IMG/VR virus record: IMGVR_UViG_3300009370_001679
Location: 14,606 to 78,605 of that record
DNA from: a virus
Lineage: Duplodnaviria > Caudoviricetes
Direction: 5' to 3' (one strand)
DNA: 64,000 bases
Of the stretch, positions 29,800 to 40,089 are shown in pieces. Made by a program: the position numbers and the translations under genes. Below the pieces are notes generated by a model. That model did no database searches and was not told the origin of the DNA. It worked only from the letters and a program-made list of their open reading frames with translations. Numbering within the stretch: position 1 is the stretch's first letter; every line of letters begins with the position of its first letter.

Positions 29800-30470
29800 T
29801 CATACACTCCTGCTGTGCTTAACTGGCTGCATAGATATGGGTTAGTGTGCCAAACCTTTAAGTTGTTTTCTTTAAAGTGATAGTTGAGTTCCCAATCAAT
29901 AGAAGTGCATATTGTGGTGAATGTGCCGAGAACCTTCTCTGCCGCACCTTTTGTTAGAGCATAGGAAGATGTGCAGTTCGTGGCGGGATGGTCAACGAGC
30001 AATAGGTTTCTATAAGACCCGCAAACTCTATCGGCAACAAGGCTATGGTCAAAACCCCCACCAAAGAACAGGGCGTCATGGGGAACCCCTTCTGCTGTAT
30101 GTAGAGAGTTAATAATATCTTTTTTGGTTCCGTGAAACACAACATCGTCTTCCAAAAAGACTGCATTATCATAATCAGAAGATACCAAGTCTTCCATACA
30201 TTTTATATGTTTTATACATAAGGATATATGCCCCATCGTTGGCCCTTTATACCCATCATAATCGACCTCCTCATACATACCTAAAGTTCTCTCTTTAAAG
30301 AGATCTAAATCAGTGGTACAATATGTGTCGATGACGGCTTCTGATAATTCATTTTTATCATAGTCAGTATACCATGTGGCCTCAATTTCCATCTCCTCTA
30401 GAATAGGCTCTAGCCTAGCTCGCCGCTCAACGTTCTTTTTGTAGTGCATAACATAAAATTTTGTCTTCAT
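29787..30470 (-). CDS. GT25-family glycosyltransferase
   Basis: YVMH...ERR, GHISLCIKH, VFLEDD and SSYALT...A motifs. Confidence 0.75.
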   Translation of the reverse strand: MKTKFYVMHYKKNVERRARLEPILEEMEIEATWYTDYDKNELSEAVIDTYCTTDLDLFKERTLGMYEEVDYDGYKGPTMGHISLCIKHIKCMEDLVSSDYDNAVFLEDDVVFHGTKKDIINSLHTAEGVPHDALFFGGGFDHSLVADRVCGSYRNLLLVDHPATNCTSSYALTKGAAEKVLGTFTTICTSIDWELNYHFKENNLKVWHTNPYLCSQLSTAGVYECTL

Positions 30471-31628
30471 TTATACCATCCTGTTGATTATAGAACAAAT
30501 TCTCTTAATGTCTTTATACCTTAGGTCTTGGTGATTGGGAATATACATTCCATATTTTTCCACAATGTTCGCATTGACCATTGGCTCTTCCCCATAGAGG
30601 TTGACCCATGCTGGCTGAAGACCCATGCTACCAGCTACAAGAGGGCGACACTCAATTTTTTTATTGTTTAACTCCCTGTAAACTTCTTGCTTATTTTCCA
30701 AGATAAGAGGAAAACCCATGTTAGATATAACCTCTTGAGTTCTCTCCGGCTTTGGAAACCAGATTTTTTGATTTAAGTTATTATAATAGTCGTAATAGTT
30801 TTCCTCGCGCGTTCTTGATATATGGTTTATTTTAGGTATCTGGTTAAGACCTATGAAAGCTTGTAGGTCTGTTGCCCTCAAGTTGAATCCTGCGTAGTAA
30901 AATTTATATAGCGAATCAAAGTCGTCCACTCCATATTTCTGTCTATATTTTTCTTTAGAGTCTTGGCTTAGGTCTCTATCCCAACCGTGACTTCTAATCA
31001 TCTTTACAACGTCCGCAAAATCGCTATTATCGGTACAAACCATCCCTCCCTCAATAGTTGAGATATGATGGCCAAAGTAAAACGAAAATGAGCTAGCGAA
31101 ACCAAACGTGCCAAGCATCTTGCCGGACGTTCTAGATCCTAAGCTTTCGCAGGTATCTTCAATTACCAGTATGTCATTCTGGTTGCATATTTTGATAATC
31201 TTCTCTATAGAGGAGTCAAGTCCTAATACATGTACGAGCATAACTGCGGCAGGCTGCTCTTTAATTATAATCTCCGATAGATGATCGACATCCAGCCCTA
31301 AGTTTTTCATATTGCAGTCACAGAGTATCGGGTCTAAACCAAACTGTATAGCAGGAAAGATAGTTGTTGACCAAGAAACCTGCGGAACTACTATCTTGGA
31401 GTTTCTAAGAAGCCCCATCTGCTTGAGGGCGGACACTATTAAAAGGTTTGCCGAAGAACCAGAATTACAATATATGGAATGTTTACACCCTAGATATTCG
31501 GAGAATTTTTCCTCGAACTCTACTGTCTTAGCCCCTTTTGTTAATTGAGGCATTTTTCTTAGCCAGCCGATAAGAGAGTTTATATCCCTTTCGTCTATAA
31601 TGTCTGAACATAGTTTAATTGGTTTCAT
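30471..31628 (-). CDS. colD: PLP-dependent GDP-4-keto-6-deoxymannose 3-dehydratase (ColD-like; DegT family)
   Basis: NSGSSANL, EDTCESLG, SFYFGHHISTIEGG (His in place of the Schiff-base Lys) and RSHGWDR; 385 aa; lacks the E1 Fe-S cysteines. Confidence 0.75.
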   Translation of the reverse strand: MKPIKLCSDIIDERDINSLIGWLRKMPQLTKGAKTVEFEEKFSEYLGCKHSIYCNSGSSANLLIVSALKQMGLLRNSKIVVPQVSWSTTIFPAIQFGLDPILCDCNMKNLGLDVDHLSEIIIKEQPAAVMLVHVLGLDSSIEKIIKICNQNDILVIEDTCESLGSRTSGKMLGTFGFASSFSFYFGHHISTIEGGMVCTDNSDFADVVKMIRSHGWDRDLSQDSKEKYRQKYGVDDFDSLYKFYYAGFNLRATDLQAFIGLNQIPKINHISRTREENYYDYYNNLNQKIWFPKPERTQEVISNMGFPLILENKQEVYRELNNKKIECRPLVAGSMGLQPAWVNLYGEEPMVNANIVEKYGMYIPNHQDLRYKDIKRICSIINRMV

Positions 31629-32551
31629 AGCTCTAGCACCGTTTTGAATTTCTCCAATAGGAACTCTGGGTTAGCACAGTCGGGAATTTTGTTGTCTGGA
31701 AAGCATGACTGACTCTGAATCTCTTGGAACAGGTCAGGTTTATTATATATACCAAGAACGGCCTCGTTTAGTTCATCTATATTGTTAAATCTTCTAGCAT
31801 GAATGAAGGCGCCCTCATTAAATTCTTCACCCACATCTGGACAGCCCCAATATATTGGTATTACCCCTTTAGATAGTGGATGTATTAGTTTTTCAGTTAT
31901 CCACCCGTCAGCCTCACCATTATCAAAACATAGGTTAAACTTAAAGTCATTAATATACTCTAGCTTGTCTTTTTCATCTCCTCCTATGGAGGGCATATTT
32001 GTAAAGGCTCGACCTCTACTTTCTACCAAAAGGCCGTTCTCTACGCCGAACCCTATAAACTCAGGGTACACTTCGGCTCTCAGCGCCATATCGTTATTTG
32101 TTAATACACAGCAGAACTTTTTCTTTTCCGTGTAGTCGGGAGGATTTAGCAACAACTCTGGTGAAACAAGAAAGGCTTGGTTCCTTCCTTGAACATATTG
32201 GTTTCCAAACCAGTCTACATACATAGCCCATAGTGGTATTCGCACGTTTCTATTATCGTCAAACTTGCAGGACGAAAAAGAGAAATCGCAGCTACTGTAG
32301 TCTGGGTCTCCCGTTCTATCAATTGACTCTACGAGCCAGTGGATAATCTTAGCTCGCCCCTTCATTCCATCCGTTAGGCTTGCTGCCGACGGAGACTGAT
32401 GATCTGGCGGAGAGCTCTGGCAAACGATAATGTCTGGATTGTTTTCATCAACAATAACATTATATTCTAATGACAGGGTGTTGGTGATTATATTGTCATG
32501 CTTAAAGAAGCCGCCCCACATGTTTTTAAAATCTATTTTTATCTGCTTCAT
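31625..32551 (-). CDS. GT10 alpha-1,3/4-fucosyltransferase-like enzyme
   Basis: FKFNLCFDN...GWITEKL...IPIYWG matches the GT10 motif of H. pylori-type FucT. Confidence 0.85.
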   Translation of the reverse strand: MKQIKIDFKNMWGGFFKHDNIITNTLSLEYNVIVDENNPDIIVCQSSPPDHQSPSAASLTDGMKGRAKIIHWLVESIDRTGDPDYSSCDFSFSSCKFDDNRNVRIPLWAMYVDWFGNQYVQGRNQAFLVSPELLLNPPDYTEKKKFCCVLTNNDMALRAEVYPEFIGFGVENGLLVESRGRAFTNMPSIGGDEKDKLEYINDFKFNLCFDNGEADGWITEKLIHPLSKGVIPIYWGCPDVGEEFNEGAFIHARRFNNIDELNEAVLGIYNKPDLFQEIQSQSCFPDNKIPDCANPEFLLEKFKTVLEL

Positions 32552-33372
32552 TTTTCAATCCTTTTAAACATATATTCCGCAAGCCTTTCTGGAGAACAAA
32601 AGTGTTCGTACCACAGCTTGGCGGCATTAGAATGGTATTCCAACACCTCTTCTTCTCTTCCTAAGATGAAGTCTACTGTTCTAGTCAGCTCTGCCCATCC
32701 AGCGTCCATTGGGAACGCCGGAGCTGCGTTATACATTGGGGTTTGTGGCATCCCCACATTTATTACTATACACCCCGCGCACATAGCTTCAAAAAATCTA
32801 AAACTTTCCTTGCTACCTGAGCCAATGGGCACCAACGCTATCTTGGTATCATTCATCACATCGCAGTAGCTGTCTATAGCGTCTCCGTTATTCCAGCCCT
32901 CATACCACAAGACATGACTATTGTAATTTGGTCGCTCGCCATGTAATCTGTCTACAGCCTGTCTAAAGTTCACCCTAGTATAGGGGTCAAACTGGCCCAT
33001 CCAAGACCAGTCTCTTGTTCTTTTTGTTATCGGAATATCCTGACTAGCAAACCCTTCGAGGCAACCTAAGGGCAATGGGCTAACTCTATTTATGTTCTTT
33101 ACCGATGTCTGATCTGTGGGTGTTCCCATAGGTGCGTACTGCTTGAATATGTGCACATACGAGTCATCCTGTGTTTGGTCAGGAACATTGTGTGCCTCAT
33201 CTGATGTAGATATTAATATTTTTGGATACTTTGTTTCTTTCGGCATCTCATGATTCCATACCTGCAAGATAAAAGAATAATCATTTTTCAGCTTCTTGGA
33301 TAGTATCTCGACAGCCTCTTGATACACATAGCTGTCCGGATTTTGTTCAATAAGGTTAATTATTTCAGACAT
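32548..33372 (-). CDS. Exostosin/GT47-like glycosyltransferase
   Basis: KIALVPIG...ESFRFFEAMCAGC motif. Confidence 0.65.
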   Translation of the reverse strand: MSEIINLIEQNPDSYVYQEAVEILSKKLKNDYSFILQVWNHEMPKETKYPKILISTSDEAHNVPDQTQDDSYVHIFKQYAPMGTPTDQTSVKNINRVSPLPLGCLEGFASQDIPITKRTRDWSWMGQFDPYTRVNFRQAVDRLHGERPNYNSHVLWYEGWNNGDAIDSYCDVMNDTKIALVPIGSGSKESFRFFEAMCAGCIVINVGMPQTPMYNAAPAFPMDAGWAELTRTVDFILGREEEVLEYHSNAAKLWYEHFCSPERLAEYMFKRIEK

Positions 33373-34228
33373 CTATAAAACCCTCCAAGTTTTTACTATG
33401 TACATGTAGATTAAAAATTGGGTGTTTCATTCCATCTGACCCAATGGCATATGGCTTATCTGTAAACTCTGCCCCTATTTTATTATTTCTAAGTAGCGCG
33501 CCTATCATATGTTTAGGGTCTGTAAACCCAGATTCATGCCCGTTATTTGTACCGCCTAGATATTGACCATAGGAGCCGGGATCAAACACGAAGTCCTTTT
33601 CTCCAATTTCAGGTACTGTCTTGAAGGCTTCAAACATCTCACACTTGTGAGCCACATGCAGGAGCGACATTTCGCTTACGTGATCAAATCCAAACTTGTT
33701 TATCAGTACCTGCTCCCCAAGAGCCAGCACTTCGTTTAAAAACTTGCATAGATAAACAATGAGCACAGGCATTGGGATGTGGACAAAAGCAAACGTAACT
33801 TGATCGACCGACATTGGTGTAAGGCTTATCCTATTAGACTGTGGAACGCCGTCAAGGTCGTGGTATAAAAGAACGTCATTTTCAAAGTGAAAGACATCGT
33901 ACAGTCTATTCTTGTCTATATACTCGCTGAGATAGTATATTCTTTCACAGGTTCTATGCCAGAACAGCTCAGGGCTAGGATGGGTCGTGTTAGGCGTTCC
34001 GTGTCTTTTAAACCAGCATAGATTGTTAAACTCTTTAAGGGTGGTGCCATCCTTTAGTGAGTCCTGAGGGACCCAGTTTACATCAATATCTTTAAAAAAT
34101 GGCTGGTCATCTTTACATATAAAATCTATAGTAACGTCAGGATTTGTCTTGCGAGCTTGCGCTAGTGAAATTTGTGTATATGCCGGTAATTCTCCGCCAT
34201 CTGAAATAAATGTGTTAACTATTCTCAT
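33365..34228 (-). CDS. Putative glycosyltransferase (GT-A-like)
   Basis: FHFENDVLLY DxD-like motif, FDPGSYGQYLGG and NLHVHSK; cluster context. Confidence 0.5.
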   Translation of the reverse strand: MRIVNTFISDGGELPAYTQISLAQARKTNPDVTIDFICKDDQPFFKDIDVNWVPQDSLKDGTTLKEFNNLCWFKRHGTPNTTHPSPELFWHRTCERIYYLSEYIDKNRLYDVFHFENDVLLYHDLDGVPQSNRISLTPMSVDQVTFAFVHIPMPVLIVYLCKFLNEVLALGEQVLINKFGFDHVSEMSLLHVAHKCEMFEAFKTVPEIGEKDFVFDPGSYGQYLGGTNNGHESGFTDPKHMIGALLRNNKIGAEFTDKPYAIGSDGMKHPIFNLHVHSKNLEGFIDV

Positions 34229-34229
34229 C

Positions 34230-35006
34230 CTAAAATATACTCCCTTCTTTAGGTTCTATTTTCTTGCTAGAGTCTCTGAAGTATGAGTGTTCAAGCTTTC
34301 CGTCAATAGCCTCCACATACCAATTGTATTTTAATATCTCTTTCGTGGTACTCTCCCGCCTCTCGTCCTCGATAGCAGAAAATATTTTATGTTCATCGTT
34401 AGCATATTTAAACTGTAGGTTATTCTTTTCGATCTCTTCGTCTGCTATAAAAATCGCATCTACTCCTGATGCCGCCACTAAAGTGTACCCCATCCAGTTC
34501 AATAGATCTTTTGCTGCCGTTATGCTGCAACCATAGCGGCTGTCGCCAGACCAGACCCAATCTTTTCGGTGGATTTGTATTATAGTGCGAGGAGGAGGGA
34601 TTTCCGGATTAAACTCTATGGATACCACTCTAGGTTTAAATTTTTCCAAATCCACGCTTCCAGCTACCCAGAAATCCTCTCCATCAATATCTATGGATAA
34701 AAAATCAAATACTCTCGGAACCTTGTACTTTTCTAGCAGCTCATTTATGTTTTCTGCGGAAACAAACTCATTTTTTAGATCATAAATAGCCTCTGGGTTT
34801 TCTGTGCCGTCCATTAGTAAGCCGTCAAACCCTAGAGTTTTTCTTAGGTAGATAGAGTTACCCCGTCCTGTATCTGTGCCATTTGATCCAAACTCAACAA
34901 AATACTTGTTGGTAACACCTATTAGTTCAAAAATTTTCTCCAAAATACCATCTTGGTAAAATTGTGAAAAAACACGCTTCTCAAAATTAAATAAATTTAT
35001 TTCCAT
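34230..35006 (-). CDS. FkbM-like SAM-dependent methyltransferase
   Basis: FSQ..QDGI, FVEFG and DFLSIDIDGED motifs. Confidence 0.7.
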   Translation of the reverse strand: MEINLFNFEKRVFSQFYQDGILEKIFELIGVTNKYFVEFGSNGTDTGRGNSIYLRKTLGFDGLLMDGTENPEAIYDLKNEFVSAENINELLEKYKVPRVFDFLSIDIDGEDFWVAGSVDLEKFKPRVVSIEFNPEIPPPRTIIQIHRKDWVWSGDSRYGCSITAAKDLLNWMGYTLVAASGVDAIFIADEEIEKNNLQFKYANDEHKIFSAIEDERRESTTKEILKYNWYVEAIDGKLEHSYFRDSSKKIEPKEGSIF

Positions 35007-35007
35007 G

Positions 35008-35730
35008 CTATGTCCAGCTATGAATTGTAAAAAGGTCTACGTCTTCAGTTCTATTTTCGTCAACTATTTGTTTTATCTCTTCTCCAGACCAAGGTTCGTT
35101 ACTGTACCTTCCGTACATTTTGGTTTTAGTGAGCTGTGAGCCATAAAGATTCGGGTGGTTTTTTGTGATATAATTACCATAGGTCTCAAATTCTGACAGG
35201 AGGCAGTCATCAGACATAAGTGCATTAATAGCAAGAACCAAATGATCTTTGTTTGGTATCATTTCTGCGCATATATTTTTATCAAAAACCATGAAGTCGT
35301 TAATAAATGTATGGTCAACCTGCCTGCTTAACCCAAAATAAAGCTCCATAAAGTTAAAGTATGGCTCATGGTGTTGATCTCTATCGCTAACAAAAAAGTT
35401 TGGTTTGCCGTCTTTAAATATATCAATAGGCCTGTTGAATATGAGGTCAGAATCTACACATAGATAAAGGTCGTTTTCCGTAAAGTCTTGAAACAGTTTG
35501 ACAAGCTGTTGGTATATCCAGTTAGACCGCCTGTATTTTATAGTGGCTTTATTTATTTGGACTGCATCTTCGTCCTTGATGCCCGTGGCAATACTTCCCC
35601 CTAGACCATCTGGAGTTATTACATATATGTTTTCTGGTGATGGGTTAAGATGTTCTAAGCATGAATTTAAACAAAACTGTAGCTTTACATAATCTTTAGG
35701 GTGTGATGGTATTATAAGATCGTATTTCAT
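35008..35730 (-). CDS. GT-A-fold nucleotide-sugar transferase (DUF6492-like)
   Basis: WIYQQLVKL, VDSD and LSEFETYG motifs. Confidence 0.6.
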   Translation of the reverse strand: MKYDLIIPSHPKDYVKLQFCLNSCLEHLNPSPENIYVITPDGLGGSIATGIKDEDAVQINKATIKYRRSNWIYQQLVKLFQDFTENDLYLCVDSDLIFNRPIDIFKDGKPNFFVSDRDQHHEPYFNFMELYFGLSRQVDHTFINDFMVFDKNICAEMIPNKDHLVLAINALMSDDCLLSEFETYGNYITKNHPNLYGSQLTKTKMYGRYSNEPWSGEEIKQIVDENRTEDVDLFTIHSWT

Positions 35731-36599
35731 TCTAACCCCTTTAATATATCTATCTCTTGGTGAGGACAAGCAATATTGCCAAACGGAATCTTTGAGAGGG
35801 ATAATCTTTTTCCCTGCTTGAAATATTTACATAGCTCTTCCGAGGAATACGAATAGGTGTCGCCATTTCTGTTTTGTATGGTTTCTTGAACTCTGTTATT
35901 TGGGCTATTCACAACGCAACTCTCTCTTGGGGCCGCCATCATCGGTGGAAGATCAAAGAAGAACCTTTGTAGCTTTCCTTCAAACTCATTGGGTGTTTGC
36001 TGCCAAGGGTTTTTTGTGTTGTATTTATTTAGGACGTCTAATTCTTCACAGTATGGCTCTAGCGTACTCCTCTCAAATATATGGCCGTCTACAGAAAGGG
36101 GGTACGCCCAATAGCCTCCTACAGGGATTGCTGTACGATTCCATATTATGAACTGACCCTTTCCTCTTGACCCTACCTGAGTAGGCATAGCGTCCTGCCT
36201 CATGATTCCATCTCCGTAGTCTCTAAGTGTCGTATTTTTACCCAACCTAAGGGAGATGCACGAATAGAGAGACTCATTACTAAACAGGGTATCAATATCG
36301 TCAATATTGAATTCAACATACCTATATATTACGTCGTCATCCGTGAAAAAAGAAATATATTTAGATTTCGCGGAAGAAACTAAAGACCTAATATCTTCAA
36401 ATATTGAAGACTTCTGTTTTACAAAATCTACCGCTGGATGCTCGACAGATAGTTGCGTATAGGTATCCTCATGGTCTTCGCTGGATGTAGCATATAACAC
36501 AATAACCTTAGAGCAGCACCTCCAGTTTTTGTTAATACTTTTGAGCGTAAGGTCAAGCTGTAGGGCTCTATCTTTACTAAATACTATCGAGGTAAGCAT
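35727..36599 (-). CDS. GT2-like glycosyltransferase
   Basis: IVFSKDRALQL, FFTDDD and YPLSVDGHIF motifs. Confidence 0.65.
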   Translation of the reverse strand: MLTSIVFSKDRALQLDLTLKSINKNWRCCSKVIVLYATSSEDHEDTYTQLSVEHPAVDFVKQKSSIFEDIRSLVSSAKSKYISFFTDDDVIYRYVEFNIDDIDTLFSNESLYSCISLRLGKNTTLRDYGDGIMRQDAMPTQVGSRGKGQFIIWNRTAIPVGGYWAYPLSVDGHIFERSTLEPYCEELDVLNKYNTKNPWQQTPNEFEGKLQRFFFDLPPMMAAPRESCVVNSPNNRVQETIQNRNGDTYSYSSEELCKYFKQGKRLSLSKIPFGNIACPHQEIDILKGLE

Positions 36600-37563
36600 C
36601 AAACTCCTCTGCATTGGTCTTGAACCATTCTATAGTTTTCTCTAGCCCCTCGTATAGGCCCACAGTAGGGCTGTATCCAAGCCATTCTTTTGCTCGGTTA
36701 ATGCTCAAGCACCTTCTAGGCTGACCATCAGGGTATTCAGAGTTAAATCTTATTTTACCGTCATAGCCCATAATTTCAGCAATAGAAAGGGCTAGATGTT
36801 TTATCATCACCTCTCCCCCTGTCCCAATGTTGATAGGTTCTGCGGATACGTCTTTCTCCAAAGACAGCCTAATAGCTTCTGCGCAGTCATCTATATAGAG
36901 AAACTCTCGGCTTGCCTTGCCTGTTCCCCAAATCTCCACAGCATCTTCTTTTTTGTAAAAACTCTTATTGTTTTTAACGTCACGCATTGCCTTATGGAAC
37001 TTAAGTATCAGGGCGGGTATAACATGACTGCTAGCAGGATCAAAATTGTCTTCCGGCCCGTACATATTTACCGGAATCAGGTTAACACCATTGAAGTCAT
37101 ACTGCTCTTTGTATGACATTATTAATTGCATCAGGCTTTTCTTTGCCACTCCATAAGGGGCGTTTGTTTCTTCTGGGTATCCGTTCCATATATCTTCTTC
37201 TTTAAATGGGACAGGAGTAAACTTTGGGTATGAGCACACCGTTCCAACCATGATAAACTTTTCAACAGAGCCTAGCTTTCTGCACGCCTCAATTAGGTTA
37301 GCCCCCATAATGAGATTATTATACATATATAATCCCGGATTTGCTTTATTGGCTCCAATACCTCCGACGGTAGCGGCTAGGTGAACAACAGCAACGGGCT
37401 TAGCATACCCTAGTAAGTCATCGACCTCTGATGCTATTGTTAAATCATAACTACTACCTACGGCGACAATGTTTTTATATCCGTTTTCTTTAAGGTTTCG
37501 ATATACGGCTTTACCTAAAAACCCAGTACCTCCAGTAACTAAAACTGATTTTTTCTTAAACAT
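36577..37563 (-). CDS. fcl: GDP-L-fucose synthase / GDP-colitose synthase (Fcl/ColC-type epimerase-reductase)
   Basis: GGTGFLG, HLAATVGGIGAN, GTVCSYP, YGVAK, NMYGPEDNF, SHVIPALI, WGTGKASREFLY and DGQPRR. Confidence 0.9.
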   Translation of the reverse strand: MFKKKSVLVTGGTGFLGKAVYRNLKENGYKNIVAVGSSYDLTIASEVDDLLGYAKPVAVVHLAATVGGIGANKANPGLYMYNNLIMGANLIEACRKLGSVEKFIMVGTVCSYPKFTPVPFKEEDIWNGYPEETNAPYGVAKKSLMQLIMSYKEQYDFNGVNLIPVNMYGPEDNFDPASSHVIPALILKFHKAMRDVKNNKSFYKKEDAVEIWGTGKASREFLYIDDCAEAIRLSLEKDVSAEPINIGTGGEVMIKHLALSIAEIMGYDGKIRFNSEYPDGQPRRCLSINRAKEWLGYSPTVGLYEGLEKTIEWFKTNAEEFDAYLDSI

Positions 37564-38602
37564 CTATATGCTCCTTGGCTTGATTCCAGCCTTTTATAAT
37601 ATTTTGAGCTTCCTGTTCATATCCGAAATAGCCTAGTATTTGAGCAACTCGGTGGAAGCTAGTATGGTTGTCCAAAATGAACTTCCTGCCTGTGATTGCA
37701 ATTTCTTTTCTCTCTTCCTCATGAGACAGATAATAATCAATCTTCTCTTTAAAGTCGTCTGGTGAATCAGCAAAAACAACACCGTTGCCATTGAAGATTT
37801 TACTTATCCCTTCTATATTATCAGAGATACAGAACCCTCCAGCACATAATATTTTGAAGCATCTCTCATTAATATCAAACCCGAATTCGTGGGCGTGGGG
37901 CTCGCTTAGGTTTGGGCAAATTTTTGCAGAGATAAATAAATCTTTGGCTTTTTCATCTGCTAAATATCCGCAGTATTGGTTGGCGTTAGGCCAAGGTTGA
38001 TTTCCAAATATTTTGACATTATATCTACCAGTGGGATACAGTAGGGGGGTAAGGTACTTATCTATAATAATACCTTTATATGGCCAGTACCCGCCAAGAA
38101 AACCTATGTCGCAAGAAAGAGCTTCGTCAAACGCCGGAGTAACATACTCATGTACATTTGCGCACATTATGAGCGATTTAGCGTCAACACCTATCGACTT
38201 GAACTTTGAGTGCGTTTGGTCTACGGCATACTGGCTATAATGGATATGTACAAAGTCTGGCTTGCCCGTCTCGTCTTTAAGTTTCTTTAGTATGTCTTTT
38301 TCTTTCTCTGAGGAATACAGGACATTAAATCTAGGGTCTGCCTCAAAGTCTCCCCAATCTCCGGCTCTTAGCCCGACTTTTAAGTGAGGTCTTTCGTATA
38401 TACATTTAATTAGGGGCGAATCTAAATTGTAAGACTGTCCTAAGAAAATATCTGGCTCGAAAGTATCAAACGCATCAAAGGCTGAAACCTCTTTGCAATG
38501 CCAAAAAGAAGCCTCAATTCCACACTCATTAAATGCCCTTAACCAAGACTGTCTCTGAAAGTAATGGGCATGCAGTCCATCGCTAGCAATTAAAATTTTC
38601 AT
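37556..38602 (-). CDS. CgeB-like GT-B glycosyltransferase
   Basis: DIGFLG, INERCFKILCAGGFCISD and IDYYLSHEEER motifs. Confidence 0.7.
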   Translation of the reverse strand: MKILIASDGLHAHYFQRQSWLRAFNECGIEASFWHCKEVSAFDAFDTFEPDIFLGQSYNLDSPLIKCIYERPHLKVGLRAGDWGDFEADPRFNVLYSSEKEKDILKKLKDETGKPDFVHIHYSQYAVDQTHSKFKSIGVDAKSLIMCANVHEYVTPAFDEALSCDIGFLGGYWPYKGIIIDKYLTPLLYPTGRYNVKIFGNQPWPNANQYCGYLADEKAKDLFISAKICPNLSEPHAHEFGFDINERCFKILCAGGFCISDNIEGISKIFNGNGVVFADSPDDFKEKIDYYLSHEEERKEIAITGRKFILDNHTSFHRVAQILGYFGYEQEAQNIIKGWNQAKEHIDV

Positions 38603-39293
38603 TCTTTATATCCTTCATGCAGTCTATTTCAACGATAGACATGTTGTCTGGCTCGTAAACCTTTATAGTTCCGCCTCTACTTATTATAGAGTTAATAACC
38701 TCAAAAGCCAACAGTGTTTTTGTTTCATTGGCTGCTTTTGAGCAAATTTGCCGCAGTATAGCAAACTCTTTTCCCGTCAAGAAAGCGATCTGGCACCACT
38801 TGGTGTCTAGTCCGTAGGATAATATGCTTGCCTTGTCGTTGACAACAGTAACCCCAACCTCTTTCTCTCTCATCTTATTCTTGTTATCTACAACGATAAA
38901 TGACCTAGAAAAGTCTGCTGAGTTGATGGTTTTAATATCAAAATATAAATCCCCATGAAAGAACAAAACACTATTACTGGTTATGTTGTTTACTATTAGC
39001 CTTAGGGTTTCAAAAGGCCCAGTCGTATCGTGTAGTTGGTTTTCTACAAACCTGACTTCGCCGGGAAATTTTTTAAGTATTCTGTTCGCTTCTACCCCTA
39101 TACCAACCACAATCTCTGGCTCATGAAAAACCGAATTCACTGTATCCAACTGGTGTTGCAATAAAAACTTTGGCCCCACTTTAAGTAAGGCTCTAGGCTC
39201 ATGGGACTTTATCCTACTGCCTGTTCCGGCAGATAAAATGCCGACACTGGTATTAAGAGGTTCCTTTTTTATTTTTTGTGTAAATCTACTCAT
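38583..39293 (-). CDS. Sugar-phosphate/phosphocholine nucleotidyltransferase-like protein
   Basis: ILSAGTGSRI...PRALL, GDLYF and EID motifs. Confidence 0.7.
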   Translation of the reverse strand: MSRFTQKIKKEPLNTSVGILSAGTGSRIKSHEPRALLKVGPKFLLQHQLDTVNSVFHEPEIVVGIGVEANRILKKFPGEVRFVENQLHDTTGPFETLRLIVNNITSNSVLFFHGDLYFDIKTINSADFSRSFIVVDNKNKMREKEVGVTVVNDKASILSYGLDTKWCQIAFLTGKEFAILRQICSKAANETKTLLAFEVINSIISRGGTIKVYEPDNMSIVEIDCMKDIKNENFNC

Positions 39294-40089
39294 CTCTAGA
39301 GTTTATCTTCTCCATATTTTCTACAAATATACCCTGTGTCATTCTCATGGATTGGTTCTGCCCTGTTTCTCTAACGAAAGATAGGGGCTGTGGAACATGA
39401 ACCATCATGCAAATTCTTGAGAGTCTAAGCCATAAGTCGTAATCCTCTGTGCATCCAATAAAGCCCTGAGATGCTGGGCCATGTAAATTACTATCATAAA
39501 ATTCCTTTTTTTCTGGTAGCAGTATTTCTTGTAAACATCTTTTCTTTATAACTCCAGCGCTATGAACTATACACTGTTGATGTAACCCCCTTAGAGAGTA
39601 TGGGTGTTTATATTCGTATTTCTTATAATCGTTACCATCATAAGTTTTATGTATAACATAGTCAGAGTACGTGACTCCAATATCTTCATACTCCATAAGT
39701 TTTTCAACCTGTATAGATATTTTATTATAAGCATACATATCATCAGCATCTAGTATAGCAAAAACATCAGCCCACTCCCAAGCTTCCCAGATGGCAACGT
39801 TTCTTGCGGTGCTAGCCCCAGAATTATCAATTCTAAAAGCCGTTAATCCGTCCATCTCTCTGTGCTCAATTGGCCCCTCATAGTAAGGAGTACTTAGGGT
39901 CTTTTTTGATATTGCGTTTGCTGCAAACGTAGATATCTTTTCCCAAGAGTCATCAGAAGATCCGTCATCTAAAACAAAAACTCTGAGCTCTCCCTTGTAG
40001 TCTTGGTCTAAAGCGCTATGTATAGCCTCCAAGACAAATTCTCCATAATTGTAGTTGCTGATTATGACAGCAACTTTAGGCAGTACCAT
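39286..40089 (-). CDS. GT2 glycosyltransferase
   Basis: YNYG, DDGSSD, ARN, LDADD and EDYDLWLR motifs. Confidence 0.9.
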   Translation of the reverse strand: MVLPKVAVIISNYNYGEFVLEAIHSALDQDYKGELRVFVLDDGSSDDSWEKISTFAANAISKKTLSTPYYEGPIEHREMDGLTAFRIDNSGASTARNVAIWEAWEWADVFAILDADDMYAYNKISIQVEKLMEYEDIGVTYSDYVIHKTYDGNDYKKYEYKHPYSLRGLHQQCIVHSAGVIKKRCLQEILLPEKKEFYDSNLHGPASQGFIGCTEDYDLWLRLSRICMMVHVPQPLSFVRETGQNQSMRMTQGIFVENMEKINSRDE

